Shown: positions 18,438-29,080, counted from the first letter of the stretch. The stretch is 32,000 nucleotides of DNA from Candidatus Heimdallarchaeota archaeon (GCA_030614005.1 JAUWKS010000037.1:1-32000); one strand, 5' to 3'. Translations and numbers: made by a program. The notes: generated from the letters alone by a model not told the origin.

Positions 18438-18998
18438 ATGACTATCTGGACTTTACGTGCGACCATAGGTCAAGAAAAAGCAATTGCCAAACATATCCAC
18501 TCTAAAATAGTGAACAATAAAATAGATGTTTGGTCTCTCCTAATACCTGAAGCTTTAAGAGGTTATATTTTCATTGAATCAGATTCTATTCAAAGTATTG
18601 ATAGTGCTGTTCAAGGTATCCCTCATGTAAGAAATAAGGTTGTTGGTGAAGTAGAAATAATTGAGCTGGAAAGTTTCTTAGTTCCCAAGCCAACAATTGA
18701 AGGACTTCATATTAACGATCTCATTGAGATAATTAGTGGTCCATTCAAAGGTAGCCGTGCAAAGATAAACAGAATAGATGTAGGGCGAGAAGAAGTTACT
18801 GTTGAATTATTGGATTCGCAAATTCCGATTCCCATTAAATTACATTCTGATTTCTGCAAAGTAATTGAAAGTGCAGCTGGTGATGAAGCAGAAGAAGATC
18901 TTATGCCTGCTAAATCTGATGATGATTCTGATAGGAAAGGTGATGGAAAGAAAGGTGAAAAGGACGACGATGTTTTCACTGAACTCTTTAAATCTTAG
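18438..18998 (+). CDS. spt5: Transcription elongation factor Spt5 (NusG) with an acidic C-terminal extension
   Basis: NGN domain (TIGQEK, LRGYIFIE) and KOW domain (EIISGPFKGSRAKI), then about 40 aa of D/E/K-rich tail. Confidence 0.95.
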   Translation: MTIWTLRATIGQEKAIAKHIHSKIVNNKIDVWSLLIPEALRGYIFIESDSIQSIDSAVQGIPHVRNKVVGEVEIIELESFLVPKPTIEGLHINDLIEIISGPFKGSRAKINRIDVGREEVTVELLDSQIPIPIKLHSDFCKVIESAAGDEAEEDLMPAKSDDDSDRKGDGKKGEKDDDVFTELFKS

Positions 18999-19204
18999 AT
19001 TGTTTTTCGTACATTCTCGGAAAATACTCTAATTTTTCCCTCTTTTTTATTACTTTAATTTCATCTAACTGACAAAGCTTTTTTATGTAACCAATATTTG
19101 AAAAAGTACTGTTAGAGATATGTTTGTACGAGAACGAAAGTTCATAATTTCAAACTCACTAGCACAATATAGACAACAAGAAGAAGCGAAAGAGGCAAAT
19201 ACTA

Positions 19205-21016
19205 TTGTCAACCAAAAGAGTTGGAAAAATATTAAAGATTTCTGGACCTGTCATTGAAGCTGACGGCATGCTCGGTAGTTCTATGTATGAAGTCTGTAAA
19301 GTAGGTGAGGAAGGACTTATTGGTGAAATTATCAAGATTAAAGGCGATGTCTGTACTATCCAAGTATATGAAGAAACTGATGGTATTCGCCCCAATGAAA
19401 AAGTCATTGGTACTGGTGCAGGTTTAAGTGCAGAATTGGCTCCTGGATTAATCGGTCAAATTTACGACGGTATTCAAAGACCCTTGCCATTAATTCTTGA
19501 AAAAACTCAAGATGATTTCATCAGAAGAGGAGTAATTGCAATTCCCTTAGAATATGACAAAAAATGGCCTTTTGTCCCAACCATTGAAAAAGGAGCAAAA
19601 GTCACCGCTGGTGATATCATTGGTACCGTTCAAGAAGGACCAGTTGTAAATCACAAAGTTATGATTCCCCCAAAAGTAAGTGGTACAATTACCAGTATTG
19701 TTAAAGCAGATGATTATACTGTTCTTGATCCTATAGTTACAGTGAAATCTAATGGCACTGAACTAGAAATCCCTATGCTCCAAAAATGGCCTGTAAGATT
19801 TGGTCGCCCAATTAAAGAGAGGCTAGAACCAACAATACCCCTTATTACTGGTCAAAGAGTTTTTGATACATTCTTTCCAATCGCTAAAGGCGGAACAAGT
19901 GCAATTCCAGGTGGTTTTGGAACTGGAAAAACAGTTTCTCAGCATCAATTAGCCAAGTGGTCTGACGCTGAAATTGTCGTTTACATTGGTTGTGGAGAAC
20001 GCGGAAACGAAATGACAAATGTGCTTGAGGACTTTCCGAAACTGATCGATCCAAATACAGGCGAACCTTTGATGAACAGAACTATTCTCATAGCCAATAC
20101 AAGTAATATGCCTGTTGCTGCTCGAGAAGCAAGTGTGTATACTGGGATGACTCTTGCAGAATACTATCGTGATATGGGTTATAATGTTGCTTTAATGGCT
20201 GATAGCACTTCTCGATGGGCAGAAGCGATGAGAGAAATTTCCGGAAGACTGGAAGAAATGCCTGGTGAGGCTGGGTATCCTGCATATTTAGCAAGCAAAA
20301 TTGCTCAGTTTTATGAACGAGCTGGACGTGTAAGTACTTTATCAACTGCTGAACGACAAGGTTCAATTACAATTATTGGTGCAGTTAGTCCTCCTGGTGG
20401 AGACTTTTCCGAGCCTGTAACACAAAATACTCTAAGAATCACAAAGGTCTTTTGGGCTCTAAGTAAAGATTTAGCTGCAAGAAGACACTTTCCTGCAATC
20501 GATTACTTGAACTCATATACTCTGTATACAAATGAGCTTGCTCCCTGGTTTGCAGAGAATGTTAACCCTAGGTTCCAGGCTTATCGTTCTGAAGCTATGG
20601 TTCTCTTACAAAAGGACAAAGAATTAGAAGATATTGTGCAACTTGTAGGCCCTGAAGCTTTGCCTGAATCTGAGAAAATAATTCTTGAATCAGCACGAAT
20701 GATAAAGGAAGACTTTCTCCAACAAAATGCTTTCAACGAAGTAGATAGTTTCTCTTCACTTGAAAAGCAATGGTTGATGTTGAAAATAATTATTGACTTT
20801 TATCATAAAATGGGTGAGCTGTACAACCTCGGTGTGAAGCTCCCTGAAATGATGAATTTGCCTATCATTGATAAGATTACTCGAATGAAGTATATCCCTA
20901 ATGATAATGTGGGTAAAGAGCTTGGTGCAATTCTCGCAGAAATTGAAGCTCTACAAGTCGATGCAATTACAAATCGCATTGGTGGCAGAATGATGACTGA
21001 TTTAACAGATAAATAG
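19205..21016 (+). CDS. atpA: A/V-type ATP synthase subunit A
   Basis: [14 protein letters not shown] Walker [34 protein letters not shown]; no intein. Confidence 0.97.
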   Translation: MSTKRVGKILKISGPVIEADGMLGSSMYEVCKVGEEGLIGEIIKIKGDVCTIQVYEETDGIRPNEKVIGTGAGLSAELAPGLIGQIYDGIQRPLPLILEKTQDDFIRRGVIAIPLEYDKKWPFVPTIEKGAKVTAGDIIGTVQEGPVVNHKVMIPPKVSGTITSIVKADDYTVLDPIVTVKSNGTELEIPMLQKWPVRFGRPIKERLEPTIPLITGQRVFDTFFPIAKGGTSAIPGGFGTGKTVSQHQLAKWSDAEIVVYIGCGERGNEMTNVLEDFPKLIDPNTGEPLMNRTILIANTSNMPVAAREASVYTGMTLAEYYRDMGYNVALMADSTSRWAEAMREISGRLEEMPGEAGYPAYLASKIAQFYERAGRVSTLSTAERQGSITIIGAVSPPGGDFSEPVTQNTLRITKVFWALSKDLAARRHFPAIDYLNSYTLYTNELAPWFAENVNPRFQAYRSEAMVLLQKDKELEDIVQLVGPEALPESEKIILESARMIKEDFLQQNAFNEVDSFSSLEKQWLMLKIIIDFYHKMGELYNLGVKLPEMMNLPIIDKITRMKYIPNDNVGKELGAILAEIEALQVDAITNRIGGRMMTDLTDK

Positions 21017-22488
21017 TGGAGCGAATGAAAATGACTGAAACACCAAAAATTAATCCAGAAACACTTGCAAAGAGAATATTTAAAACTGCTATAGAAGTTA
21101 CCGGTCCCTTGTTATTTGTGGACTTGAAAGGTAAAGCAGGAGTATCCTATGGTGAAATTGCTAAAATAAAGCTTCCAGATGGAGAAATACGCTCTGGTCA
21201 AATTCTTGAAGTATCAAGAGATATTGCTGTTGTGCAACTTTTCGAAGGCACTTCTGGAATGGATGTCGAAAAAACAACCATACAATTTCTTGGAGAAACA
21301 ATGAAACTCCCTGTATCTAGTGATCTTCTTGGTAGAATTTTCGATGGAAGAGGCGAACCCCTTGATAAACAACCTCCAATTGTTGCTGTAGATGAGTGGC
21401 CTATTAACGGTTCCCCAATTAACCCATATGCAAGACAATATCCTCGAGAGTTTATACAAACAGGTATTTCATCTATAGATGGTTTGTTTACACTTATTCG
21501 AGGACAAAAATTACCCATCTTCTCTGCAAATGGTTTACCACATAATGAAGTTGCAGCACAAATTGCTAGACAAGCTGCAGTATTAGGTGCTCAAGCTGAA
21601 TTCGCTGTAGTCTTTGCTGCTATGGGAATTACTGCAGAAGAAGCACAATACTTTAGAAAAGAATTCGAAAAAAGCGGCGCTCTCGATAGAGTTGTTCTTT
21701 TCTTGAATTTAGCAGATGACCCTGCTATTGAAAGAATTCTTACTCCAAGATTAGCTCTCACTGCTGCAGAATATCTCGCATACGAATGTGATATGCACTT
21801 ATTAGTTATCCTTACAGATATGACAAACTATGCAGAAAGTTTGCGTGAAATTGGTGCAGCAAGAGAAGAAGTTCCTGGTAGACGAGGTTTCCCCGGCTAT
21901 CTCTATTCTGACTTAGCATCTATCTATGAACGTGCAGGAAGAATTAAAGGACGCAAAGGAACAATTACCCAGATGCCCATTCTTTCTATGCCGAATGATG
22001 ACATAACGCACCCAGTACCTGATTTATCTGGATATATCACAGAAGGCCAAATTATTTTGGATCGAGGGTTACACAGAAGAGGCATCTATCCTCCAATAAA
22101 TGTAGGACCTTCTCTAAGCAGGTTACAAAAAGAAGGTATTGGCAAAGGTCTAACGCGTAGAGATCATAAAGAATTAGCTGATCAATTATATTATGCGAAT
22201 GCCCGCGGTAACGATTTACGTAATCTCGTTGCTGTAGTTGGAGAAGAATCTCTTACAGAAGAGGATCATCGTTTCTTGAAATTTGCTGATGATTTTGAAC
22301 AAAAATTCCTAAAACAAGGGCGAGATGAAAATAGAAACATCTTTGAATCTCTGGATATTGGTTGGGAATTACTTAAAATCTTCCCCAATCCAAAAAGAGA
22401 GCTAAAGCGCATTTCAGAAGAAACAATTAATTTCTTCCATTTGGAAAGACGTGATCCAAAAATAAATTATAATTCAAGAGACGTCTAA
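21016..22488 (+). CDS. atpB: A/V-type ATP synthase subunit B
   Basis: [54 protein letters not shown] overlaps the atpA stop (TAGTG); ATGs at 21025/21031 are alternative starts. Confidence 0.97.
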   Translation: MERMKMTETPKINPETLAKRIFKTAIEVTGPLLFVDLKGKAGVSYGEIAKIKLPDGEIRSGQILEVSRDIAVVQLFEGTSGMDVEKTTIQFLGETMKLPVSSDLLGRIFDGRGEPLDKQPPIVAVDEWPINGSPINPYARQYPREFIQTGISSIDGLFTLIRGQKLPIFSANGLPHNEVAAQIARQAAVLGAQAEFAVVFAAMGITAEEAQYFRKEFEKSGALDRVVLFLNLADDPAIERILTPRLALTAAEYLAYECDMHLLVILTDMTNYAESLREIGAAREEVPGRRGFPGYLYSDLASIYERAGRIKGRKGTITQMPILSMPNDDITHPVPDLSGYITEGQIILDRGLHRRGIYPPINVGPSLSRLQKEGIGKGLTRRDHKELADQLYYANARGNDLRNLVAVVGEESLTEEDHRFLKFADDFEQKFLKQGRDENRNIFESLDIGWELLKIFPNPKRELKRISEETINFFHLERRDPKINYNSRDV

Positions 22489-22602
22489 TTTTTTAGTACT
22501 CTCTTGTTCCTCCTTTCTTTTCTATTTTTTAGCTCTTTATAAGTTATTTTTGTCAGTAGTATATTGATACTATTTCCAATTTGGAAAATATCTCCGCCAA
22601 AA

Positions 22603-22617
22603 AGAAACGTATATAAG
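22603..22617 (+). promoter_or_regulatory. Archaeal BRE-TATA promoter candidate for galU
   Basis: Purine-rich AGAAACG followed by TATATAAG, about 40 nt before TTG 22654. Confidence 0.45.
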
Positions 22618-22653
22618 AGCATTTGGAATTAAATTAATTGGAGAATAGGTAAT

Positions 22654-23550
22654 TTGAAAGGTGTAATACCAGCAGCTGGTTTAGGAACCAGAATGTTACC
22701 AGCAACAAAATCTCAACCAAAGGAGATGTTACCTGTTGCTAGAAAACCTGTTATTCAATATATTGTTGAAGAACTTGAAAAAGCAGGCATTCGTGAAATT
22801 CTGATTGTAACTGGCAAAAATAAACGAGCAATTGACGAACATTTTGATCGAGATCCCATATTACTTGAGGATTTAAGACGAAGAAACAAGTATCATCAAA
22901 TACAATTTCTTGAGGAATTGGAGAATTTAAATATCGAAATATACTATACTCGACAAACCATTCCAACAGGTTTAGCTGATGCTGTCTATAAAGCAAAGAA
23001 TTTTGTTGGAGATGAAGAGTTTGTAGTCGCTCTAGGAGATACAATTATTGATTCTGCTAACAATCCAAATCATTTGCAACGATTGATTGATTTCCACAAA
23101 AATTCTGGCGCATTGTGCACGGTATCAACAGAAGAGATCCCAAGAGAACACTGCAATCGGTATGGTATACTAGATGTTCAACCTTTTACTAGTTCTACAC
23201 AAAGTAAACCTGAAAACAGTTTTGTAGTTAAGGATTTAGTTGAGAAACCTTCCATTAAGGAAGCACCAAGCAATTTGGCAATTTGTGGACGATATATCTT
23301 CAAACCAACTATTTTTGATTACATTGATAAAACAACTGTTGGAGTTGGCGGAGAAAAACAACTTACAGATGCCATGAAAGGAATGCTTGAAGCAGGACCA
23401 ATGACTGCTTTACAATTAGGACCAAATGAAATTAGATATGATACAGGCACTTTTCCGTTATACGCTAAAGCATTTATTGCCATGTGCTTACAAGATGAAG
23501 AAATTGGCCCAGAAATAAAAGAATATCTCACTAAATTGAATTTAAGTTAA
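22654..23550 (+). CDS. galU: UTP-glucose-1-phosphate uridylyltransferase
   Basis: PAAGLGTRMLPATKSQPKEMLP, LVEKP, GEKQLTDAM, RYDTG. Confidence 0.9.
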   Translation: MKGVIPAAGLGTRMLPATKSQPKEMLPVARKPVIQYIVEELEKAGIREILIVTGKNKRAIDEHFDRDPILLEDLRRRNKYHQIQFLEELENLNIEIYYTRQTIPTGLADAVYKAKNFVGDEEFVVALGDTIIDSANNPNHLQRLIDFHKNSGALCTVSTEEIPREHCNRYGILDVQPFTSSTQSKPENSFVVKDLVEKPSIKEAPSNLAICGRYIFKPTIFDYIDKTTVGVGGEKQLTDAMKGMLEAGPMTALQLGPNEIRYDTGTFPLYAKAFIAMCLQDEEIGPEIKEYLTKLNLS

Positions 23551-23571
23551 GGTTAGATTATTCTTTTCTTT

Positions 23572-24351
23572 TTACTTTTTTTCCTTTGATTCTGAAAGTT
23601 TTGCGGCATTACTTTTTCTTAGGTTATTAAGTGAATCGTCAACCAAATAGAAGTTGCTATCAACATTTATAATATAAACCATTTCACCAGGTAAGAACTC
23701 TTGTTGTTTGTGTACAGCTTTGGCTGGAACTTTCAGTGGCTCAATTTGACCGGGAATTTCTACTCTTATTAACCCGCCTTCAGAGTTGACTTTTATTGAA
23801 ACAATTGCTTCGCGTCCTATGAAATCTCGGTTGGAAGGTAACCGATATGTTACTGTTTTTGAAATCTTCTTCCAAATAACGTTAACAATTATTGAGAGAA
23901 TAATTGGTGAAAGTATGGTTAAAACTAATCTTAGATATGAATTCATACTTGGTTCTTGCCAAAAGAGTAACAACCCTAACCCACCAAATGAAATTGAGAA
24001 AACTGCAAGTGAAAGCATTAATGGAGTTGCGCCTCCTTTTTCTATTTGGAACGGACCCACATCATCCAATGCATCTAAACCGACTTCAAAATCTACATCA
24101 ATATCTTTGTCGACACTTACATCTTTGTCTACTGAAAAATCTTTGTCAATAGTTAGATCTTTATCAATCGAAATGTCTGCATCATGATCGATATCATGGC
24201 TAAGGCTCTGACCTGTGCTAATTCCAAAAGTGACTAACACAAGAATAATAACAATTGAACCGAAAATTAAAAATCCTATACAAAACCCTCGAAACCATTC
24301 TTCCCAAAGAAGCAAATCTGCTGCAATATTTAAATGAAGTAATCGTGCCAT
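23572..24351 (-). CDS. NfeD-like/YqiJ-like membrane protein with acidic repeat linker and C-terminal OB fold
   Basis: N-terminal TM, D/H-rich linker, two more TMs, then FIGREAIV...GLIRVEIPG OB-type segment; adjacent to the SPFH gene. Confidence 0.75.
   Translation of the reverse strand: MARLLHLNIAADLLLWEEWFRGFCIGFLIFGSIVIILVLVTFGISTGQSLSHDIDHDADISIDKDLTIDKDFSVDKDVSVDKDIDVDFEVGLDALDDVGPFQIEKGGATPLMLSLAVFSISFGGLGLLLFWQEPSMNSYLRLVLTILSPIILSIIVNVIWKKISKTVTYRLPSNRDFIGREAIVSIKVNSEGGLIRVEIPGQIEPLKVPAKAVHKQQEFLPGEMVYIINVDSNFYLVDDSLNNLRKSNAAKLSESKEKK
24097..24174. repeat. Degenerate 18-bp tandem repeat (about 4 copies) encoding x-[ST]-[IV]-DKD hexapeptides
   Basis: ATCTTT(G/A)TC core at 24103, 24121, 24139 and 24157; translates as ISIDKD LTIDKD FSVDKD VSVDKD. 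Confidence 0.85.
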
Positions 24352-24432
24352 AAAGTTTAGCATTTTTTTTAACCCTGCTTATATTTTTTCCTTTTGTTTG
24401 ATTCATATTTTACTATCTATAAAGAAGATCCT

Positions 24433-24449
24433 GGGAGAACCATTCTCCC
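24433..24449. terminator. Hairpin between the SPFH and NfeD-like genes
   Basis: GGGAGAA-CCA-TTCTCCC: 7-bp stem. Confidence 0.3.
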
Positions 24450-24476
24450 GTAACCATTCACTTAGGGAATACCTAA

Positions 24477-25712
24477 CTACTTGGTAGTGGTCGTTCTCCT
24501 ACCTTTTGGTAATTCTTTCTTTATAGATTTCTTTGGTATTATTTTCACATCTTCAGTGATATTCGCAGACATGATTTTAGAAAAGTCAAGACTTCTGCCA
24601 GTGATTTCTGGTAACACCGTTAGAAATGGTATTATGGATTCAGCAATACTTGAGAATGCCTGTTGTCCATCACCCATAACAAACATTTTATCGACATTCA
24701 GGTGTGAATAAATCTCTGGGAGCATTTCAACAATTTTTAGCTGGAAAAACTTAGGATCAGCTTGGGCCAAAGCTTTGACCTGCTCAAGAATACCATCAGC
24801 TTCAGCGATGAGCTTCTCCTTTACAGCTGCAGCTTCACCTTGAGCTTTAGCAATAAGCTGAGCTTTTTGTCCATCAGCTATTCTGATCATTTTTTCGTAT
24901 TCAGCATCAGCTTCGATGGTTACTTTCCTTCTAAGAGTATCAGCTGCGATTTCTGTTCTTTTCAATTCAAGCTTTTGAATTTCAATTTCTCTATTCTTAC
25001 TTACAGATTGAATTTCCAATTGAACATTTTGTTCTTGCTTGCCTGTCTTTCTTGAAACCTCAAGGTCTCTTAATTGAGTAACCTCTTCCATTGCTGCTCG
25101 GCGTAACCGTGCTATTTCTTCTTCATTTATTTGTTTTGATGCTTCCAAGTTTGTTTTCAGAACTCTATTCAATACTTCAACATCTCTAATTTCAACTGAA
25201 ATGACTACTATACCCATATCAGCTAATAAATCATGTAGCTCTTTAGATACAGCTGAAATAATCTCACCGCGTTCTCTGATGATAGCTTCTAAATGCATAT
25301 TCGCACAAGTGGTACGAATGATGCTTTCTGCGGCATTTTTTATTATTGTCTCTATGTAATCCGCATCTCTTTCATTCCAAGATACAGCAGTAAAGGCTAT
25401 TTCTGGTTTAATAACTTTCCAAAAAACGAAAGCGTTTACAGATACATCTTGAAACTCCCTTGATAACACTTTTTCTTTTGCTTCTAGAAATGTTTGTTGA
25501 GTGGTCGTAGGTATGACAATAATTTCATCAATTATTGGCATTAGAAGACATTTTCCACCTTTCCCTGCAGATTTAACTTTACCATTTCTGAATCTAATTA
25601 CATATTCATTTGTTTTGAACTTTCGATATCTGCTGATGAAAAAAATAACGACCAATAACCCTAATACACATATTCCAGCAACAATTAATCCAATTGTAGT
25701 TCCGATTGCCAT
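24477..25712 (-). CDS. SPFH/band-7 flotillin-like protein
   Basis: N-terminal TM, SPFH core (IIKNAAESIIRTTCANM...LADMGIVVISVEIRDV), AE-rich coiled coil (AEADG, AQGEAAA). Confidence 0.88.
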   Translation of the reverse strand: MAIGTTIGLIVAGICVLGLLVVIFFISRYRKFKTNEYVIRFRNGKVKSAGKGGKCLLMPIIDEIIVIPTTTQQTFLEAKEKVLSREFQDVSVNAFVFWKVIKPEIAFTAVSWNERDADYIETIIKNAAESIIRTTCANMHLEAIIRERGEIISAVSKELHDLLADMGIVVISVEIRDVEVLNRVLKTNLEASKQINEEEIARLRRAAMEEVTQLRDLEVSRKTGKQEQNVQLEIQSVSKNREIEIQKLELKRTEIAADTLRRKVTIEADAEYEKMIRIADGQKAQLIAKAQGEAAAVKEKLIAEADGILEQVKALAQADPKFFQLKIVEMLPEIYSHLNVDKMFVMGDGQQAFSSIAESIIPFLTVLPEITGRSLDFSKIMSANITEDVKIIPKKSIKKELPKGRRTTTTK

Positions 25713-25997
25713 CTTATTTCAAATATTCCTTCAAAATTTATTTAACATAATTTAATAATGTAAAAGTCTTTGTTTTTCAAATCTTTTGTTGCCTGGAAAA
25801 GACGAATCTTCATTTAGACCTTTTACTTGAGTAAATTATCTGGGTACAAGTATATAAACATTAACAATTCAATCACTAATTTGTAAAAATATTTTTTAAA
25901 TTAAATAACTTATCTTTTAATAAAATGCTTTCTTTAATGATACAAAAGAAGAAAAAATAAAGAAAAAAGAGAGATGAATATGTTTCGATCTCTGCTC

Positions 25998-26450
25998 TTA
26001 AAATGCTGGGGAAGTAATAGTTCCATCGGCAGCAGTAATAGTAATTTCGTAATTAGATGTTGCTGTAAGAATTCCTGATAATTGAATACTGAATTTTACT
26101 GTTGAACCTTGAGCTAATTCATAAGGGGTAGTAAAATCAATTTCAGTTGTGCCTACAAAAACATGAGTTGCAATATAGGTGTCGGTTGCGTTGGTTACTG
26201 TAAAAGCATCCAAACTAGTGAAGGTAGCGGGGGCACCACCGATGTTTTTTATTTCAAAATAAACACGATCTGAATACCCTGCTTCCTTTCCATATGATAA
26301 TGGAGTAAGCTCTGATTTTTGTGCAAATAGTGGCACAACAACGAAATAAACTATTGCAGCTGCGGTTACGGTTAAAGCAATTAATAGAATAGTTGCAATA
26401 ACTGGGGATACTGCTTTCTTTTTCTTTAGAATCATTTTTCCTAGTGACAT
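25998..26450 (-). CDS. Archaeal type IV pilin/archaellin-like protein
   Basis: Class III signal peptide KKKKA|VSPVIATILLIALTVTAAAIVY followed by a short beta-rich domain. Confidence 0.88.
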   Translation of the reverse strand: MSLGKMILKKKKAVSPVIATILLIALTVTAAAIVYFVVVPLFAQKSELTPLSYGKEAGYSDRVYFEIKNIGGAPATFTSLDAFTVTNATDTYIATHVFVGTTEIDFTTPYELAQGSTVKFSIQLSGILTATSNYEITITAADGTITSPAF

Positions 26451-26746
26451 ACTTAATCAACCATCCGTTTGATTTCAGCTTTATTATAATTTCTCTTTGT
26501 GCAAAAGAACTGAAATTTATTACTGAATATCAGTCAATTTTTGCGCGTTATCTACTAATTGTTCTACTAATTAAAGAATTTTTGTAGTGGCAAATCGAAA
26601 AACAGCCGTTATTTTTGCCTAGTAAAAAGATAACTTTTTTTATGGCACATTAAAAAGTAATATAAACTATATCCTCAAATTATGAGTAGGTATATTGTAC
26701 CGACTTTAAAAATAAATTAGATCTGATTTATTCGGAGTAAAATACA

Positions 26747-27547
26747 ATGGACATAAATGACCCTTACTCTCCAAAACTTGCTGGAATAATTGTTTCATCT
26801 TTTGCAGATAGAGGCCCCGATATCGTTTTTAATAATACTGAATTAGCTGAAGACGAAGCAATGATATTAGCTATAAAAGGTATGACAGTTATTGGTCTTG
26901 ATAGTCCATTAGATGTTATTGAAGATATAAATGATGATGAAGAGCGCAGGGCTACTATCCAACAATTTGGTCCATTTCCAATCAAAGGTCGAGATAACTT
27001 AAAAGCGTTAGCAATTTCATTTGTTGTGAAAGCTGAGGAATCAGCTGATCATAGAATTATGACCTTTGGTCGTTTTTGTGTAATCTTTTTGGTTTATCAT
27101 CAAGAGCATACAAGATTGATGTTAGATTCATATGGTTTAATTGAACCTTATTTTACCATTATATCTCGAGATCTCGTTATGGATAGCGATTTAAACCCCA
27201 CAAATCTCAGTAGCGTTTACCGTAGAATGAATATGCTTTTTCAAGGTGTTTTGCCTCGAGTATTTACAGTAACAGACAAAGGTGTAATCAAAGAATTAAT
27301 TGGCAAGGAAATTAGCCATAGAGATGTTTTTCTGATTGCTGATAAAAAGAAGAATTCCCTATATACAATGCTTGTTGATCCTGAAATGAATGTTTGGAGG
27401 AAACGGAAAATCTATCAAACAGCATCAAACCTCAACTCTCATCTGTACCGTCAAAAATTAACCATTAACACCGTAACAGAGCTTGAAGAAATTTCAATCT
27501 TACTAAAACGTTACAATCTCTCTGTTGAAGGCATTTCTCAAGGATAA
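26747..27547 (+). CDS. Hypothetical protein: uDENN/longin-like N-terminal domain + degenerate gelsolin-like C-terminal domain
   Basis: LAGIIVSSFADRGPDIVF resembles the uDENN start pattern. RDVFLIADKKKNSLY...VWRKRKIYQTASNL resembles single-domain gelsolin-like folds. Confidence 0.55.
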   Translation: MDINDPYSPKLAGIIVSSFADRGPDIVFNNTELAEDEAMILAIKGMTVIGLDSPLDVIEDINDDEERRATIQQFGPFPIKGRDNLKALAISFVVKAEESADHRIMTFGRFCVIFLVYHQEHTRLMLDSYGLIEPYFTIISRDLVMDSDLNPTNLSSVYRRMNMLFQGVLPRVFTVTDKGVIKELIGKEISHRDVFLIADKKKNSLYTMLVDPEMNVWRKRKIYQTASNLNSHLYRQKLTINTVTELEEISILLKRYNLSVEGISQG

Positions 27548-27599
27548 TCCATCTATCTAAAGAGATGCCTAAGTTTTAGGTATTTTATTTATTATCCAC

Positions 27600-28925
27600 C
27601 TAAAACCATTTTGTACTTGTGTATTGATTTCCAACCGTCATAGAATTGAAAATCCAATTTGAAATTGGATCACTTCTCTCCATATCAAAGCTCTGACTGA
27701 GAATAACAATAAGCTTTAGTCCGACAGTATGTCCGGACTCCAGTTCTATATTTTCTTTAATATCTGTATAAGTTGAATTTTGAAGAGTTTTTGTAGCTAA
27801 CACTCTTAATGTAATATTGACAGTATAACTAAAAATACCTCCACTAATTACTACATCTAAATCTTCTATTGACGATGCTGGATCAACTTGTGATAGAATA
27901 TTTGTTGAGACATCTGTTGAAATTCTCTGATATCGCCATTGACGACTAATTTGTACTGTGGTTTGAGTAATTGGTACTGCAACAACTAAGAGGACAAGTA
28001 CCCAAGCAATTACCTGTGTTTTCATTGATCGCTTTGCTTTGATCTTCTTAACAGCTTGCGGTGGTTCCACTTTTCGAATAATAAATACTAGCAAGCACCC
28101 TAGTAAAACACAAGCGACATTTGTTACAAATAGAATCAAACTTCCTAAAGCTGTATCCCACTGCAACATTCCAATTGCAATGCCGATATTTACCGTAACT
28201 GGGAGTAGAGCTGCAGCAGCTGCAACACCAATTAATATTAGAGACGTACCGCTTACAAAACAAATACCTGCTGTTAATCCTGAAGCAATTGCAATAATTA
28301 AATTGATAATATTTGGTTCACCTCGAGCAATAATAAATGCGCTTGGCTCGTTTTGTGTTAATTGATACGTTAGTCCGATAACAAATCCGATGAAAACAGA
28401 AATGAACACCCCAATTCCCTCTGAAAGTAACCCTTCACGTAAGATTTTTTGATTAGATGTAAGTGCACCAAAAGCAATTCCAACAATAGGCCCCATCAAA
28501 GGGGCAACTATCATTGAAGCAATTAATGTAACATAATCATCTCCAATAAGACCCATTGCTGCTAAGATAGAGGAGAGAACGGTCCAAGCAATAAAATTAA
28601 AATCAAGCTTTGAAATTGAGCGAACCTTCGTTTCTAATTCTTCGATAGAAATCCTTCTCAAAAATTTATCTTGTTTTCTCGTTCTGGTTCTAGGGATGGT
28701 TGCTTCAATTTCAGTAATAGTAATTCTCCCTTTTACTCTCCCAATACCCAAATCACTGAGGTGATCTAAAACAAATCCTGTTCTAGTAGGCATAACAGTT
28801 AGTAGAATTAAACTATGGTCAGATCCTTTGATGTGTTCTATTTGCGAAGGAGAAACAACTTCAATGAGACTGGTAACAATATCATCTCCTTCTGCGGCAG
28901 GAACAGTTACTTGGATTTGTTTCAT
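27600..28925 (-). CDS. TIGR00341/DUF389 family membrane protein
   Basis: IASMIVAPLMGPI, IAIASGLTAG, GVAAAAALLP, GSLILFVTNV; N-terminal PII-like segment (GIGRVKGRI). Confidence 0.88.
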   Translation of the reverse strand: MKQIQVTVPAAEGDDIVTSLIEVVSPSQIEHIKGSDHSLILLTVMPTRTGFVLDHLSDLGIGRVKGRITITEIEATIPRTRTRKQDKFLRRISIEELETKVRSISKLDFNFIAWTVLSSILAAMGLIGDDYVTLIASMIVAPLMGPIVGIAFGALTSNQKILREGLLSEGIGVFISVFIGFVIGLTYQLTQNEPSAFIIARGEPNIINLIIAIASGLTAGICFVSGTSLILIGVAAAAALLPVTVNIGIAIGMLQWDTALGSLILFVTNVACVLLGCLLVFIIRKVEPPQAVKKIKAKRSMKTQVIAWVLVLLVVAVPITQTTVQISRQWRYQRISTDVSTNILSQVDPASSIEDLDVVISGGIFSYTVNITLRVLATKTLQNSTYTDIKENIELESGHTVGLKLIVILSQSFDMERSDPISNWIFNSMTVGNQYTSTKWF

Positions 28926-29080
28926 TTTGAATCCTCAAGATACTAAACTAGTATTTGATGTTAGTTTTGCACTCTTTTATTTTTTGGGTAGCTCATTTTA
29001 AATCAAAAAGGTTTTTCTTAGAGAAACTATTTTATGTCTGCTTATCTAAATTATCTAAGAATAGCGAGGAACGATGTGCT

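Noticed and set aside
19120-19257. 45-codon ORF before atpA as a possible atpF remnant
   Set aside because: No AtpF-like pattern, and it overlaps the atpA start out of frame.
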